Source of the DNA: Candidatus Micrarchaeota archaeon
GTDB taxonomy: Archaea; Micrarchaeota; Micrarchaeia; Norongarragalinales; UBA8480
NCBI GenBank assembly: GCA_964388435.1
Contig: CAYMAH010000029.1
Coordinates: forward strand, 1 to 51,069
Length of the DNA: 51,069 nt
Direction of reading: 5' to 3'
Below the pieces are notes generated by a model that saw nothing but the letters and a program-made list of their open reading frames with translations, ran no database searches and had not been told where the DNA came from. Both the position numbers and the translations under genes were made by a program. Below are positions 1 through 7,811 of the stretch, in pieces; position 1 is the stretch's first letter, and each line of letters begins with the position of its first letter.

Positions 1-58
1 AAAAATTATATTTCAATCATTTTAAAACATAATAAGTATTCGGCCCGCTACCCCCCCT

Positions 59-424
59 TCAAACCAAACCTTTTTCAATCAAAGCATTAATCTCAGAAAC
101 CGCGGTAACCTTTCCCACCTCATTCAAAACCATAACATCCCTCACATTGAGATATACTCTTGCCTTTTATTTTTGTGAAGTATAAATCTGGCTCTTTATC
201 TGTATGTGCATTATTTACTATATATTTGTATTTTTCTGTGAAATATTCTGCCAAAACCTTACCATAACTTGCCCCAATATCTCTGATAAGTTCTTATTGT
301 TGAAATAAATTTGATAGTCACCCATTAAGACTTTCTTAAATATTTTCATTCTTTTGGTAACTTCTCGCATTACTGCAAAAAGCATATGGCTTCTTTTAAT
401 CAATTGTTTTACTGCTTTATCCAT
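59..424 (-). pseudogene. Possible decayed gene: three successive ORF fragments in different frames
   Basis: Minus-strand fragments MDKAVKQLIKRSHMLF...YFNNK, then ELIRDIGASYGKVLAEYFTEKYKYIVNNAHTDKEPDLYFTKIKGK, then NVRDVMVLNEVGKVTAVSEINALIEKGLV-stop. They follow one another in three frames. No family recognised. Confidence 0.25.
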
Positions 425-644
425 ATAACCTATTAGAAACTGGCAAGGTATTTAAAATTGCATTCTGTTAAAAAAGTAAGGCATCTGTTAAATAAGTGCC
501 ATAAAAACGATAGTTATTCAACAAAGCCAGCCGAACATAAAACTATAAATATTAATAGCAACAATAAAATACAGTATTAAACAAGCCATCAGGTATGCTA
601 GGGTTTATTTTATACTTGCTGTGAGTTGAAAAAAGGTGGATTAA

Positions 645-914
645 ATGAAAAGATCAAGAGGGTTAAACTCAGGAAAAAGCAGGCTTATACGAAAAAGAGA
701 GTTAAGCCCCGCAAAACAGATAAAGGAATTTAAAATTGGAAGCATAGTGAGAATAAGAATAAACTCTTCAACAGCGACCCTTCCTTTAAAATTCAACAAC
801 CGAGTCGGAGTGATAGAAAAAAAACAGGGAAAAGCATACGTTATAAAATTCAAGGACATGAATAAATCAAAAGAGCTTGTTCTTGACAGAATCCAATTGG
901 AAGAGGTGTCTTGA
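645..914 (+). CDS. rpl21e: 50S ribosomal protein L21e
   Basis: N-terminus MKRSRGLNSGKSRL plus KIGSIVRIRINSS...GVIEKKQGKAYVIKF is an L21e-like SH3 core. GGTGG SD lies 6 nt upstream. Conserved archaeal L21e-RpoF-DUF655 gene order. Confidence 0.88.
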   Translation: MKRSRGLNSGKSRLIRKRELSPAKQIKEFKIGSIVRIRINSSTATLPLKFNNRVGVIEKKQGKAYVIKFKDMNKSKELVLDRIQLEEVS

Positions 915-919
915 AAAAA

Positions 920-1318
920 ATGGAAGTAATTGAAAAAAAGCCGTTGACGCTTGCAGAAGCTTTTGAATTGCTAAAGGAAAGAAAAAAAGAAAACCTCTCC
1001 TTTGAGCAGCAATACGCTTATAATTATCTTGACGATGTTTCAAGGCTTTCTGAGAAAGACGCTGAAAGCCTTTCTGAAAAACTAAAGCCTTTTGGTTTAA
1101 CAAAGCTTCAAATAGTCAAGATAGTGGACCTGATGCCAAAGAAGGAGGACGAGCTTAAAATGATAATATCAAGCGCCGGAAGTGGAGTAACCGCAGATCA
1201 GTTAAAGGAAATAGTGAAAATAATAAAGTCATTTAAGGAAAAGGAAAAAAGCGTGGAAAAAATTAAAAAAATAAAGGAAGAAAAAGAAGAGAAGAAGGAA
1301 GAGGTTGCTGAAAAGTGA
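920..1318 (+). CDS. rpoF: DNA-directed RNA polymerase subunit Rpo4/F
   Basis: TLAEAFELLKERKK...LTKLQIVKIVDLMPKKEDELKMII matches the Rpo4/F helical pattern. Follows rpl21e. The track start at 911 is TTG, so the ATG at 920 is preferred. K/E-rich tail. Confidence 0.78.
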   Translation: MEVIEKKPLTLAEAFELLKERKKENLSFEQQYAYNYLDDVSRLSEKDAESLSEKLKPFGLTKLQIVKIVDLMPKKEDELKMIISSAGSGVTADQLKEIVKIIKSFKEKEKSVEKIKKIKEEKEEKKEEVAEK

Positions 1319-1875
1319 AAAGAGAAACAACTGGAATTGTTCTGGACTATTTTCCGCATGGGAAGTCAAGCGAGTCCCTTGCAGAGCCAACAGCTCAGGT
1401 TTTAGGGGAGGATTACTTCACCTTGCTTGAAGTGGTAATCCCGGGAAGCGTTTCAATAAGCGACAAGATTCTTCTTGACAAATCAAATCCAGCGTGCAAA
1501 ATTGAAAGAATTAAGAAAAGAATAACCTTCCAAGAGCTAAGCGTTACCAGTCAAAATCAGCTTAAAAACTTTATAAAGGAAATAGTGGTTAAAAAGGAAA
1601 AAGATTTTGTACGGTTCATAAACACTGCCACTGCCATAAACATAAGAAGTCACTCTCTTGAATTACTACCCTCGATTGGAAAAAAGCACCTAAACCTTAT
1701 CTTGGACGAGCGGTCAAAAAAGCAGTTTGAGAGCTTTGAGGATATTAAAAAAAGAATTCCCCACCTGACGAGCGTTCCAGATATATTTGTCGAAGAGATA
1801 ATGGAGGAAATAAAGGGAAACGCTAAATACTATCTTTTTTCAAAGCCTCCATTCCAGAAATTCGAACGGTACTAA
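1315..1875 (+). CDS. DUF655-family putative RNA/nucleotide-binding protein
   Basis: GIVLDYFPHGK N-terminal OB-like motif and C-terminal HhH-like LLPSIGKKHLNLILDER. GTGA overlap with the rpoF stop. Third gene of the conserved archaeal operon. Confidence 0.72.
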   Translation: MKRETTGIVLDYFPHGKSSESLAEPTAQVLGEDYFTLLEVVIPGSVSISDKILLDKSNPACKIERIKKRITFQELSVTSQNQLKNFIKEIVVKKEKDFVRFINTATAINIRSHSLELLPSIGKKHLNLILDERSKKQFESFEDIKKRIPHLTSVPDIFVEEIMEEIKGNAKYYLFSKPPFQKFERY

Positions 1876-2492
1876 CAAGTAGTGCTGATGGGAGTTTCAG
1901 AGCAGTTAACGCTTAGAGCGAAATCCGAAGTGTTAACCTCAAAAAGATTTTCAGGAGTGCACACCGCGCCGTTACCTCCGTTGCTTAAATTCAGGTAAGC
2001 GGGAGTATAGTTTTGAATGAAAACATTCCAATTCTGATTTTCTGAAACGCTTTTTGAAAAACCGGAAAAGTTTGATGCCAAAGTATATGAAACCAAAACG
2101 TTGAAAGTGTAATTATTTGGAGAATTTGAAAGTGTATTAACGCAGGTTAGAACAGGCTGTGTTGAATTAAATCCTATCGCCGAATAGGATTGGTTTGAAA
2201 GAATAAGCGAAGAGTTTGAAAAATAGTTTACAAGCGTTGAATTCAAGTAAGAGCAGAAGTTTTGAGGCTGAACGGTGCAATTATAAGCTTCAAAAGCGCT
2301 GTCGGCAATGGCGTCGTGGATTGTTGAATTGAAAAAGCTTACCGCTTCACTTGCTTTCTCGGCAACCATGTCGCTTTCCATCGCCGCCACGCTGCTCTTC
2401 CTCTGGTTTCCAAGGCTGATCATAGCGTAGGCGAAGAATATTAAAATTATCGCTACTATTGCGATGATTGTTATTGAATAAAAACCTTTCAT
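1872..2492 (-). CDS. Pilin-like protein P6 (class III signal peptide), secreted glycoprotein candidate
   Basis: MKG|FYSITIIAIVAIILIFFAYAMI is a short leader plus hydrophobic helix. 12 N-x-S/T sequons, 6 Cys, C-terminal Cys. ATGA overlap with the upstream gene. Confidence 0.62.
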   Translation of the reverse strand: MKGFYSITIIAIVAIILIFFAYAMISLGNQRKSSVAAMESDMVAEKASEAVSFFNSTIHDAIADSAFEAYNCTVQPQNFCSYLNSTLVNYFSNSSLILSNQSYSAIGFNSTQPVLTCVNTLSNSPNNYTFNVLVSYTLASNFSGFSKSVSENQNWNVFIQNYTPAYLNLSNGGNGAVCTPENLFEVNTSDFALSVNCSETPISTTC

Positions 2493-2875
2493 GGCAGCGT
2501 CACCCAAGCATTATAAACACTATTGGTCTGATTCGCGCTTTGGCTTGAAAGACAAGAAGTATTAACGCCATAAACTAAATAACAACTTCCGCTGCAGTTG
2601 CAAATACCGGGATAAGCGTAAAAAACAGAATGGATTGAAAGGTTTGAAGAAAGTGGTGTTTCGGTCGATACATTAAAACCAGTTAAAGAATTGAAAATCG
2701 AGGGAGTTATCCCAGCTTGATATTGGTATTTCAACTGTAGATAATCATTGCCAAGAATCCTCATTGAATTAAAACTCTGAACATAGGAAGGCTGAAAGGA
2801 ATTGAACAGAGTGTAAAGGCTTAAAATTGCTATCAAACTTAAAAGCCCATCAACGGTGAATATTATTCCTTTCAT
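2489..2875 (-). CDS. Pilin-like protein P5 (class III signal peptide)
   Basis: MKG|IIFTVDGLLSLIAILSLYTLF. 5 sequons and 4 Cys (GICNCSGSC...SC). The ATG at 2875 is preferred over the GTG at 2884. Confidence 0.6.
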   Translation of the reverse strand: MKGIIFTVDGLLSLIAILSLYTLFNSFQPSYVQSFNSMRILGNDYLQLKYQYQAGITPSIFNSLTGFNVSTETPLSSNLSIHSVFYAYPGICNCSGSCYLVYGVNTSCLSSQSANQTNSVYNAWVTLP

Positions 2876-2877
2876 TT

Positions 2878-3237
2878 TCAGCACCCTTCAACCTCAAGAA
2901 AACAACCCGCGCCGCAGCTGACTGGCGAGGATAAATTAATATTGACATTCGTAAGCCTTTTTCCAACCAGCACCTGATTGCACTGCAAAGAAGTGCAATT
3001 GTTGAAAACAACCCCCCCAACACCGCTTTCAACCGCGCACCATTTTTGAGGAAGATAAGAAACGCTTGAATTTGAAACAATGGCATTTGCGATAACCTGC
3101 TCAGCGTTCGGCTGAAAAACCACTATCGAAGAATATTCTCTTTGAAGAAACTCCATGTAATGAGTGGCCACTCCAAGTGAAAAAGTGAAAAGCAGCGCTC
3201 CTATGAGAAGATCAAATGTAAGCCATTGCCCTTTCAT
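2878..3237 (-). CDS. Pilin-like protein P4 (class III signal peptide)
   Basis: MKG|QWLTFDLLIGALLFTFSLGV. 6 Cys, ends ...EVEGC. The internal ATG at 3237 is preferred because the upstream basic extension overlaps P3. Confidence 0.65.
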   Translation of the reverse strand: MKGQWLTFDLLIGALLFTFSLGVATHYMEFLQREYSSIVVFQPNAEQVIANAIVSNSSVSYLPQKWCAVESGVGGVVFNNCTSLQCNQVLVGKRLTNVNINLSSPVSCGAGCFLEVEGC

Positions 3238-3242
3238 TTTTT

Positions 3243-3650
3243 TCAACAACCTCCTAAAACCACATTTACGCTTCCGCTTGAACCTTCCAAACATACCGTT
3301 TCTCCGCATGCGAATGAACTGCTTGAAGGGTTAATGCCGCACAAGCTTTGAACCGAAACCGTCTCGTTGGTATCATTTGAAAACATTGTCAGCATACCGC
3401 TTGAAAAGCTTATCCCATACGAAATGAAGTTTCCATCTTTTAAAACGCATGGCATTGAATAATTTCCCTCCACCTGATTAATGCAATTCTCATTAATGAT
3501 ATTGGCAAAGCTTTGCAGCGCAACCTGCTGCTGAGTATAATAATTGGGCGTGTCAGAGTAAAAATAATTTATGAGATTAGTCATCCAGCCTATTATTATT
3601 ATTAAAATAAGAAAGACAAAATACAATTCAAGGCTTATCTGTGCTTTCAT
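3243..3650 (-). CDS. Pilin-like protein P3 (class III signal peptide)
   Basis: MKA|QISLELYFVFLILIIIIGW. 6 Cys, ends ...LGGC. ATGA overlap with the P2 stop. Confidence 0.7.
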   Translation of the reverse strand: MKAQISLELYFVFLILIIIIGWMTNLINYFYSDTPNYYTQQQVALQSFANIINENCINQVEGNYSMPCVLKDGNFISYGISFSSGMLTMFSNDTNETVSVQSLCGINPSSSSFACGETVCLEGSSGSVNVVLGGC

Positions 3651-4042
3651 TGAAATACCACACAATAATGATAATAACCTATGACACTACAATAACCAGA
3701 GATATTACTTGTATCAATATTCTGCCCGGTTATTGCAATATTTGTGGCGTTGAGTATTCCATCACTCACATCCTCCACCACGCCTGTGTTCGAGTTGGTG
3801 ATTTGAACTCCGTTTAAATAAAGGTGGGGATAAATAGTGAAGTTTGACCCGCTCAAATTGAAAGCCAGCGTGGTGAAAGCAAGTGATGAATTTCTTGCGG
3901 TGTAATTCAAGAGAAAGTTTCTGGAGGCGCTTAGGCTTATTGTTTCCTGAATATAATTGCCTACGTTTAATAATATGACCACTATAAAAGCAACTATTAT
4001 TGAAACTACAAGCAAGTACTCAATGGCAGTCTGCCCTTTCAA
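3647..4042 (-). CDS. Pilin-like protein P2 (class III signal peptide)
   Basis: A TTG start gives MKG|QTAIEYLLVVSIIVAFIVVILL, a canonical archaeal pilin KGQ-x-A-x-E motif. 6 sequons, 2 Cys. TTGA overlap with the P1 stop. Confidence 0.75.
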   Translation of the reverse strand: MKGQTAIEYLLVVSIIVAFIVVILLNVGNYIQETISLSASRNFLLNYTARNSSLAFTTLAFNLSGSNFTIYPHLYLNGVQITNSNTGVVEDVSDGILNATNIAITGQNIDTSNISGYCSVIGYYHYCVVFQ

Positions 4043-4476
4043 TTTAGTTGAGTACAATTGACAACCACCCCTCCATTATTACTTACAACGACGCTCAGCC
4101 ACCCCTGCTGGTTACACTCGAAATTGATTGTCGGCGGGAAAAACAATGTTTCTCCTGTCACGTTATAATTGCTATTGAAATTAGTGACATTGCTACTTTC
4201 AGTGCAATAAATGTTAGAGTTGGAGGTAGTTGGAATAAAGCAAATTGTATTTGGTGGCACGAAAACAGTGGTTGAAACATTCGCTCCAACCCCGCTCAAC
4301 CCGACAAAATTAATGTAAGAGCTCACCACGCCTATGGCGTTTCTGCCAAGACCGAGGTTGTCTAAAACCGTGTTTTGGCTGATCTGGCTTGCGGCAACCG
4401 AAAGCAGCGCTCCAGCAAGCGCGAAAATAAAAGCGGCTATTATAAAAAACTCAACACTTACCTGAGCGCGATCCAT
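4039..4476 (-). CDS. Pilin-like protein P1 (class III signal peptide)
   Basis: MDRA|QVSVEFFIIAAFIFALAGALL. 4 sequons, 4 Cys. Overlaps the peptidase stop by 19 nt. Confidence 0.7.
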   Translation of the reverse strand: MDRAQVSVEFFIIAAFIFALAGALLSVAASQISQNTVLDNLGLGRNAIGVVSSYINFVGLSGVGANVSTTVFVPPNTICFIPTTSNSNIYCTESSNVTNFNSNYNVTGETLFFPPTINFECNQQGWLSVVVSNNGGVVVNCTQLN

Positions 4477-5438
4477 AAAAACACCATGAACACAAACCCG
4501 ACGCCCAGAAAAGGCGCGAATGGGAACGATTCTTTAATAGAAATATGTTTAACTTTCATCCTTTTTAATTCTTTTATTTCGCTTTTTGTAATTCCTTCAG
4601 CGTTTGTTGTTATCAAGGGATTGGCGGCCTCTCCTTTTAAAGACTTGCTTATAACCTCGCTTAAACCCAGTTCTTTAACCACTCCGTTTTCAATAAAAAG
4701 ATTATTGGCGGGAATCATCCCCTCTTTTAAATCTTTAACTTCAACCTCTTTTCTTAAAATCTCATTAGAAGTTATTGAAAAAGCTTGTATCAGAACAATT
4801 GAAATAAAGCTTAAAACCAAGGCAATTGCCAGAAAAAAAAGTGTCGTCATGCCATAAAAGTAAAAACCCGCGGCCAGCAATATCAAGCCCAAATAAAAGG
4901 GTATTTTAATAATGAAAAAAACAACGAGCAATAAGATAAATGCGATTAAACTTATGTTTAAATTGATTTTTAAAAAAAGCAGTATGCTGGCCACGGCCGC
5001 TGATGATATGGATGAGCCGACCGCCATTTTAAAAGTTTCAAGCACGTTGAATCTTTTTCTTAAATCAATCAATTCTTTGAAGTGAATCACTATAAGAAGA
5101 GGAATTGAAAGAACGGCGGAAGCAAAGAAAAGATACAAAATCCCTTGCCAGCCGAATCCAGTCAGAAAAAACATCAAACCGTTTAAGCCTACAAAAAACT
5201 TAACGTCTCCCCCTCCCCAAACTCCGAGTTTATAAAGAATATACGCAAAAACAAAGCTTGCAACCGCGATTAAAATGAAATCAAAAGCCGAGGACTCGAC
5301 AACAGAAAGAATAAAACCGCCCATTACAACCGCGTAATTCAACAAATCCGGTATTACCCTTTCTTTCAAGTCAATGTAAACCGCTATTGAAGCGTAGACA
5401 ATTGAAATTAAAAGCAAAACATAAAATTGTAACATCAA
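4458..5438 (-). CDS. A24-family prepilin/preflagellin peptidase (PibD/EppA/FlaK-like) with inserted soluble domain
   Basis: Two Asp motifs: AVYID(23)LKERVIPD and WGGGD(78)VKFF. Polytopic membrane protein with terminal FPFAPFLGVG helix. An approx 85-aa hydrophilic insert precedes the last TM. Confidence 0.82.
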   Translation of the reverse strand: MMLQFYVLLLISIVYASIAVYIDLKERVIPDLLNYAVVMGGFILSVVESSAFDFILIAVASFVFAYILYKLGVWGGGDVKFFVGLNGLMFFLTGFGWQGILYLFFASAVLSIPLLIVIHFKELIDLRKRFNVLETFKMAVGSSISSAAVASILLFLKINLNISLIAFILLLVVFFIIKIPFYLGLILLAAGFYFYGMTTLFFLAIALVLSFISIVLIQAFSITSNEILRKEVEVKDLKEGMIPANNLFIENGVVKELGLSEVISKSLKGEAANPLITTNAEGITKSEIKELKRMKVKHISIKESFPFAPFLGVGFVFMVFLWIALR

Positions 5439-5467
5439 ACTAAATTAAAAGTGCAAAGGATAAAAAT

Positions 5468-5896
5468 TTATTGCTGTTTTTTATATCCCCTGATTCTTTC
5501 CTTTTCCCGGTTTTTTGAAACCTCCCTTCCAGTAAAGTTGCTAACAACCTGCTCTGCGAAAGCTTCAAGCCTGAAAAGCTCGTCAATTGAAGGTTTTTGA
5601 ATTCCTATTTTATGAAATAATTTCTGAGGGTGTCTCACGGATTTGAATGGTTTTAACTTCTTTTCCAGCTTGCCGCAGAACCTTTTAGACCCCACACAAA
5701 CTAACGCCGTCTTTCCATTCAATTTAAATTTTTGTTTGAACCTTATTTTTTGGGAGACGCAAGCGAAAATCAAATCGCCTGAAATCTCCTCATCAAGACT
5801 TTTCAATTCATAACTCTCCCCGGCGTTCAAAACTCCGGTGGCCACTATACTTGCAATATAACGCGAATCGTTGTTAAACCCGATAATTATCTTCAT
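5468..5896 (-). CDS. Hypothetical cytoplasmic protein (142 aa), no recognised family
   Basis: Long ORF co-directional between the hairpin array and the peptidase. MKIIIGFNND start and basic C-terminus. A flavodoxin-like alternation is only vaguely suggested. Confidence 0.5.
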   Translation of the reverse strand: MKIIIGFNNDSRYIASIVATGVLNAGESYELKSLDEEISGDLIFACVSQKIRFKQKFKLNGKTALVCVGSKRFCGKLEKKLKPFKSVRHPQKLFHKIGIQKPSIDELFRLEAFAEQVVSNFTGREVSKNREKERIRGYKKQQ

Positions 5897-5963
5897 CGTG
5901 TATATTCTAATGTGGGGAAAAATTGAAAAAGGTTAATGGTTTCTTTTTTTCCAATGCTTTTTT

Positions 5964-6257
5964 TTATTTTCCTAGAATTACGGGTGCGTCTGCGTCAAGC
6001 CTTTTCATTCTCTGCTCTGACAAGCCTCTCAAATAAGTGGCTACGGCGAAAGCTGGAATAAGCAAAATCGAACCTTGAATAAGCAAGTAAATGCCCGCGA
6101 ATATGAAAACAAAGCTTAAGCTGTCAATAAGCGTTTTCTCCTTTAAAATGTCCAAATGCTTGTTTAAATAGTCCCACCTGGTTGAAACGTCAAGAAAAGG
6201 CTCGGGCTTGTCAACTGTCATCGAAGTTGACATTAATTTTTGTTCCGCCATGCTCAC
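5964..6257 (-). CDS. Small two-TM hairpin membrane protein, paralog A of a 5-gene array
   Basis: TRWDYLNKHLD motif, then helices SLSFVFIFAGIYLLIQ / SILLIPAFAVATYL. GTGA overlap with B, or ATG at 6251. Confidence 0.6.
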   Translation of the reverse strand: MSMAEQKLMSTSMTVDKPEPFLDVSTRWDYLNKHLDILKEKTLIDSLSFVFIFAGIYLLIQGSILLIPAFAVATYLRGLSEQRMKRLDADAPVILGK

Positions 6258-6697
6258 TTCACCTCAATTATAGGATGTGTTTTCAAATCCTCCACTCCGA
6301 AGGCATTTCCAATGACCCTTTCACTCCAATAAACTCCCGTTATAAAAGCGAATACCAAAGCGATGTAAATGTTTATGAAATATGCTGCTGTTGTTAGAAT
6401 TAAGAATATAATAGAATAAAAATATGATTTGTAGGCCTCTCCTATGGTGGCGCTTTTAAAATCGCTTGCAAATTGATCGTTAAGAAAATCTCTTCTCTCG
6501 ACAATGTCCGCAAACCTTAGTTTTTTTCCGTCCCCCATGAGCTTTCCTTTTTTTGTTGCTTCTTGCTTTTCCTTCTCCGTCATTTTTTCAGGAAGCTCGT
6601 CAGAAGGAGATGAAAGCGGAAGAAACATGGCGGTGTAACTATCCATTTCAGCATTGCTTTCTTTTTTTATTTTAATATTCTTCAGCATAAAATTCAC
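6254..6697 (-). CDS. Small two-TM hairpin membrane protein, paralog B
   Basis: ERRDFLNDQFA motif, then YSIIFLILTTAAYFI / IYIALVFAFITGVYW. Longer acidic/lysine-rich N-terminus. GTGA overlap with C, or ATG at 6688. Confidence 0.6.
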   Translation of the reverse strand: MNFMLKNIKIKKESNAEMDSYTAMFLPLSSPSDELPEKMTEKEKQEATKKGKLMGDGKKLRFADIVERRDFLNDQFASDFKSATIGEAYKSYFYSIIFLILTTAAYFINIYIALVFAFITGVYWSERVIGNAFGVEDLKTHPIIEVK

Positions 6698-6954
6698 TTT
6701 ATATTTTCAATTAAAAAACCCGATCCAAAGTAAAAAGCGACTATCCCGGCAATTGGAATAAACAAGCTTGGCTGGTTTACCAAAACGTAAAACCCGCCTA
6801 AAATCAAAATCAAGTTTATCATAAAATCGGGAATAACCATGGTGTGCTCGTTCATCGCCTGATTGAAAGTGTACGTGTTTTCAACTGGCTTTGCTACTCC
6901 CAGCTTTTCAAGCAGCATCATCAGCTTCACTTCCCAACTTGTTTTTATAGCCAT
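6694..6954 (-). CDS. Small two-TM hairpin membrane protein, paralog C (motif degenerate)
   Basis: The hairpin GGFYVLVNQPSLFIPIAGIVAFYFGSG aligns with paralog A AGIYLLIQGSILLIPAFAVATYLRG. The N-terminal R-x-D-Y-L motif is not evident. Confidence 0.55.
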   Translation of the reverse strand: MAIKTSWEVKLMMLLEKLGVAKPVENTYTFNQAMNEHTMVIPDFMINLILILGGFYVLVNQPSLFIPIAGIVAFYFGSGFLIENIK

Positions 6955-6961
6955 AAAAAAA

Positions 6962-7291
6962 TCACTTTAACAAAGCGACAACCCTCGAATTTGATTTTAC
7001 TATCGCTCCATTCCAGAATCCAATCATCCAATATCTCCCGGCAAGCGCCGCGCTTATCAAAGAAACCACCGGAATGTAAGGAATGGTTATTATTGCAAAT
7101 GCGACGAATGTTATGGCTTTGGCTTTGGCGCTGTACTGATTTTTCCAAAGTCCTATAAAATCGTTTAAATAATCTCTTTTCTTGACTTTTTTTGTAAGGC
7201 TTAACTCCTTCTTGGATTTGAGCGTTAAAAGCGTGGTCTGAGGTAAAGGTTGAAACGACGTTAATTGTTGTTGCTCCATTCTCTCATTCAC
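6962..7291 (-). CDS. Small two-TM hairpin membrane protein, paralog D
   Basis: KKRDYLNDFIG motif, then AITFVAFAIITIPYI / VVSLISAALAGRYWMIGF. GTG start in GTGA overlap with E, or in-frame ATG at 7279. Confidence 0.6.
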   Translation of the reverse strand: MNERMEQQQLTSFQPLPQTTLLTLKSKKELSLTKKVKKRDYLNDFIGLWKNQYSAKAKAITFVAFAIITIPYIPVVSLISAALAGRYWMIGFWNGAIVKSNSRVVALLK

Positions 7292-7605
7292 CTTGTCACA
7301 ATCATGTTTTTATTTTTCATTATCACGTTAAGCATGGTGTTTTTCTTTATGTGTTCTCCGTATGCCTTTCCGGCAATCAAAGCGAATAACGCGCTTAGAA
7401 AAATGCTGTATTGAAATGAAAAAACTGCTATTATGAAAAAAACTATTGCCAAAGCCCTGTAGGTGTGCCATTCCCGCCATGTTTTTATTCCATCTTCAAG
7501 GAAATCCTTTCTTGTCTTCAACTCCATCACAGAGTGGTTATTGGTGTCTATTGGAAGAACGAATGGCGTTTCCATTCCTTGATAATATGGCTGTGCCGGA
7601 TCCAT
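7288..7605 (-). CDS. Small two-TM hairpin membrane protein, paralog E (first gene of array)
   Basis: TRKDFLEDGIK motif, then ALAIVFFIIAVFSF / IFLSALFALIAGKAYG. ATG start. Confidence 0.6.
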   Translation of the reverse strand: MDPAQPYYQGMETPFVLPIDTNNHSVMELKTRKDFLEDGIKTWREWHTYRALAIVFFIIAVFSFQYSIFLSALFALIAGKAYGEHIKKNTMLNVIMKNKNMIVTR

Positions 7606-7623
7606 GCCTAAATAAGAGCAAAA

Positions 7624-7637
7624 GTTATTTATAAACT
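7624..7637 (-). promoter_or_regulatory. TATA-like box upstream of the hairpin-array cluster
   Basis: Minus strand reads GTTTATAAATAA about 20-30 nt upstream of the ATG at 7605, with no SD in between. Compatible with a leaderless or short-leader transcript. Confidence 0.3.
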
Positions 7638-7811
7638 TGTCGGTGGTAACATTTAATTTAAAAGCTTGTCATCAAACCTTTTTTTTCTAAAATTTCAATT
7701 TTATATTGCCTTATGCATATCTTTTCTTTTAAAAACCATGTTTTTGTAAAACTTTTTCAGCAATACTTTTTTTATTGAATCAATATCAAACTAAAACAAG
7801 AGTGAATAGAA

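Noticed and set aside
4375-4857. 160-aa plus-strand ORF
   Set aside because: It is antisense to the prepilin peptidase and the first pilin, has no motif support, and both sense genes carry clear signatures.
6945-7158. Alternative-frame ORFs (67 aa minus, 104 aa plus) overlapping paralog D
   Set aside because: They conflict with the paralog D frame, which shows the family motif and TM hairpin. The alternatives have no such support.
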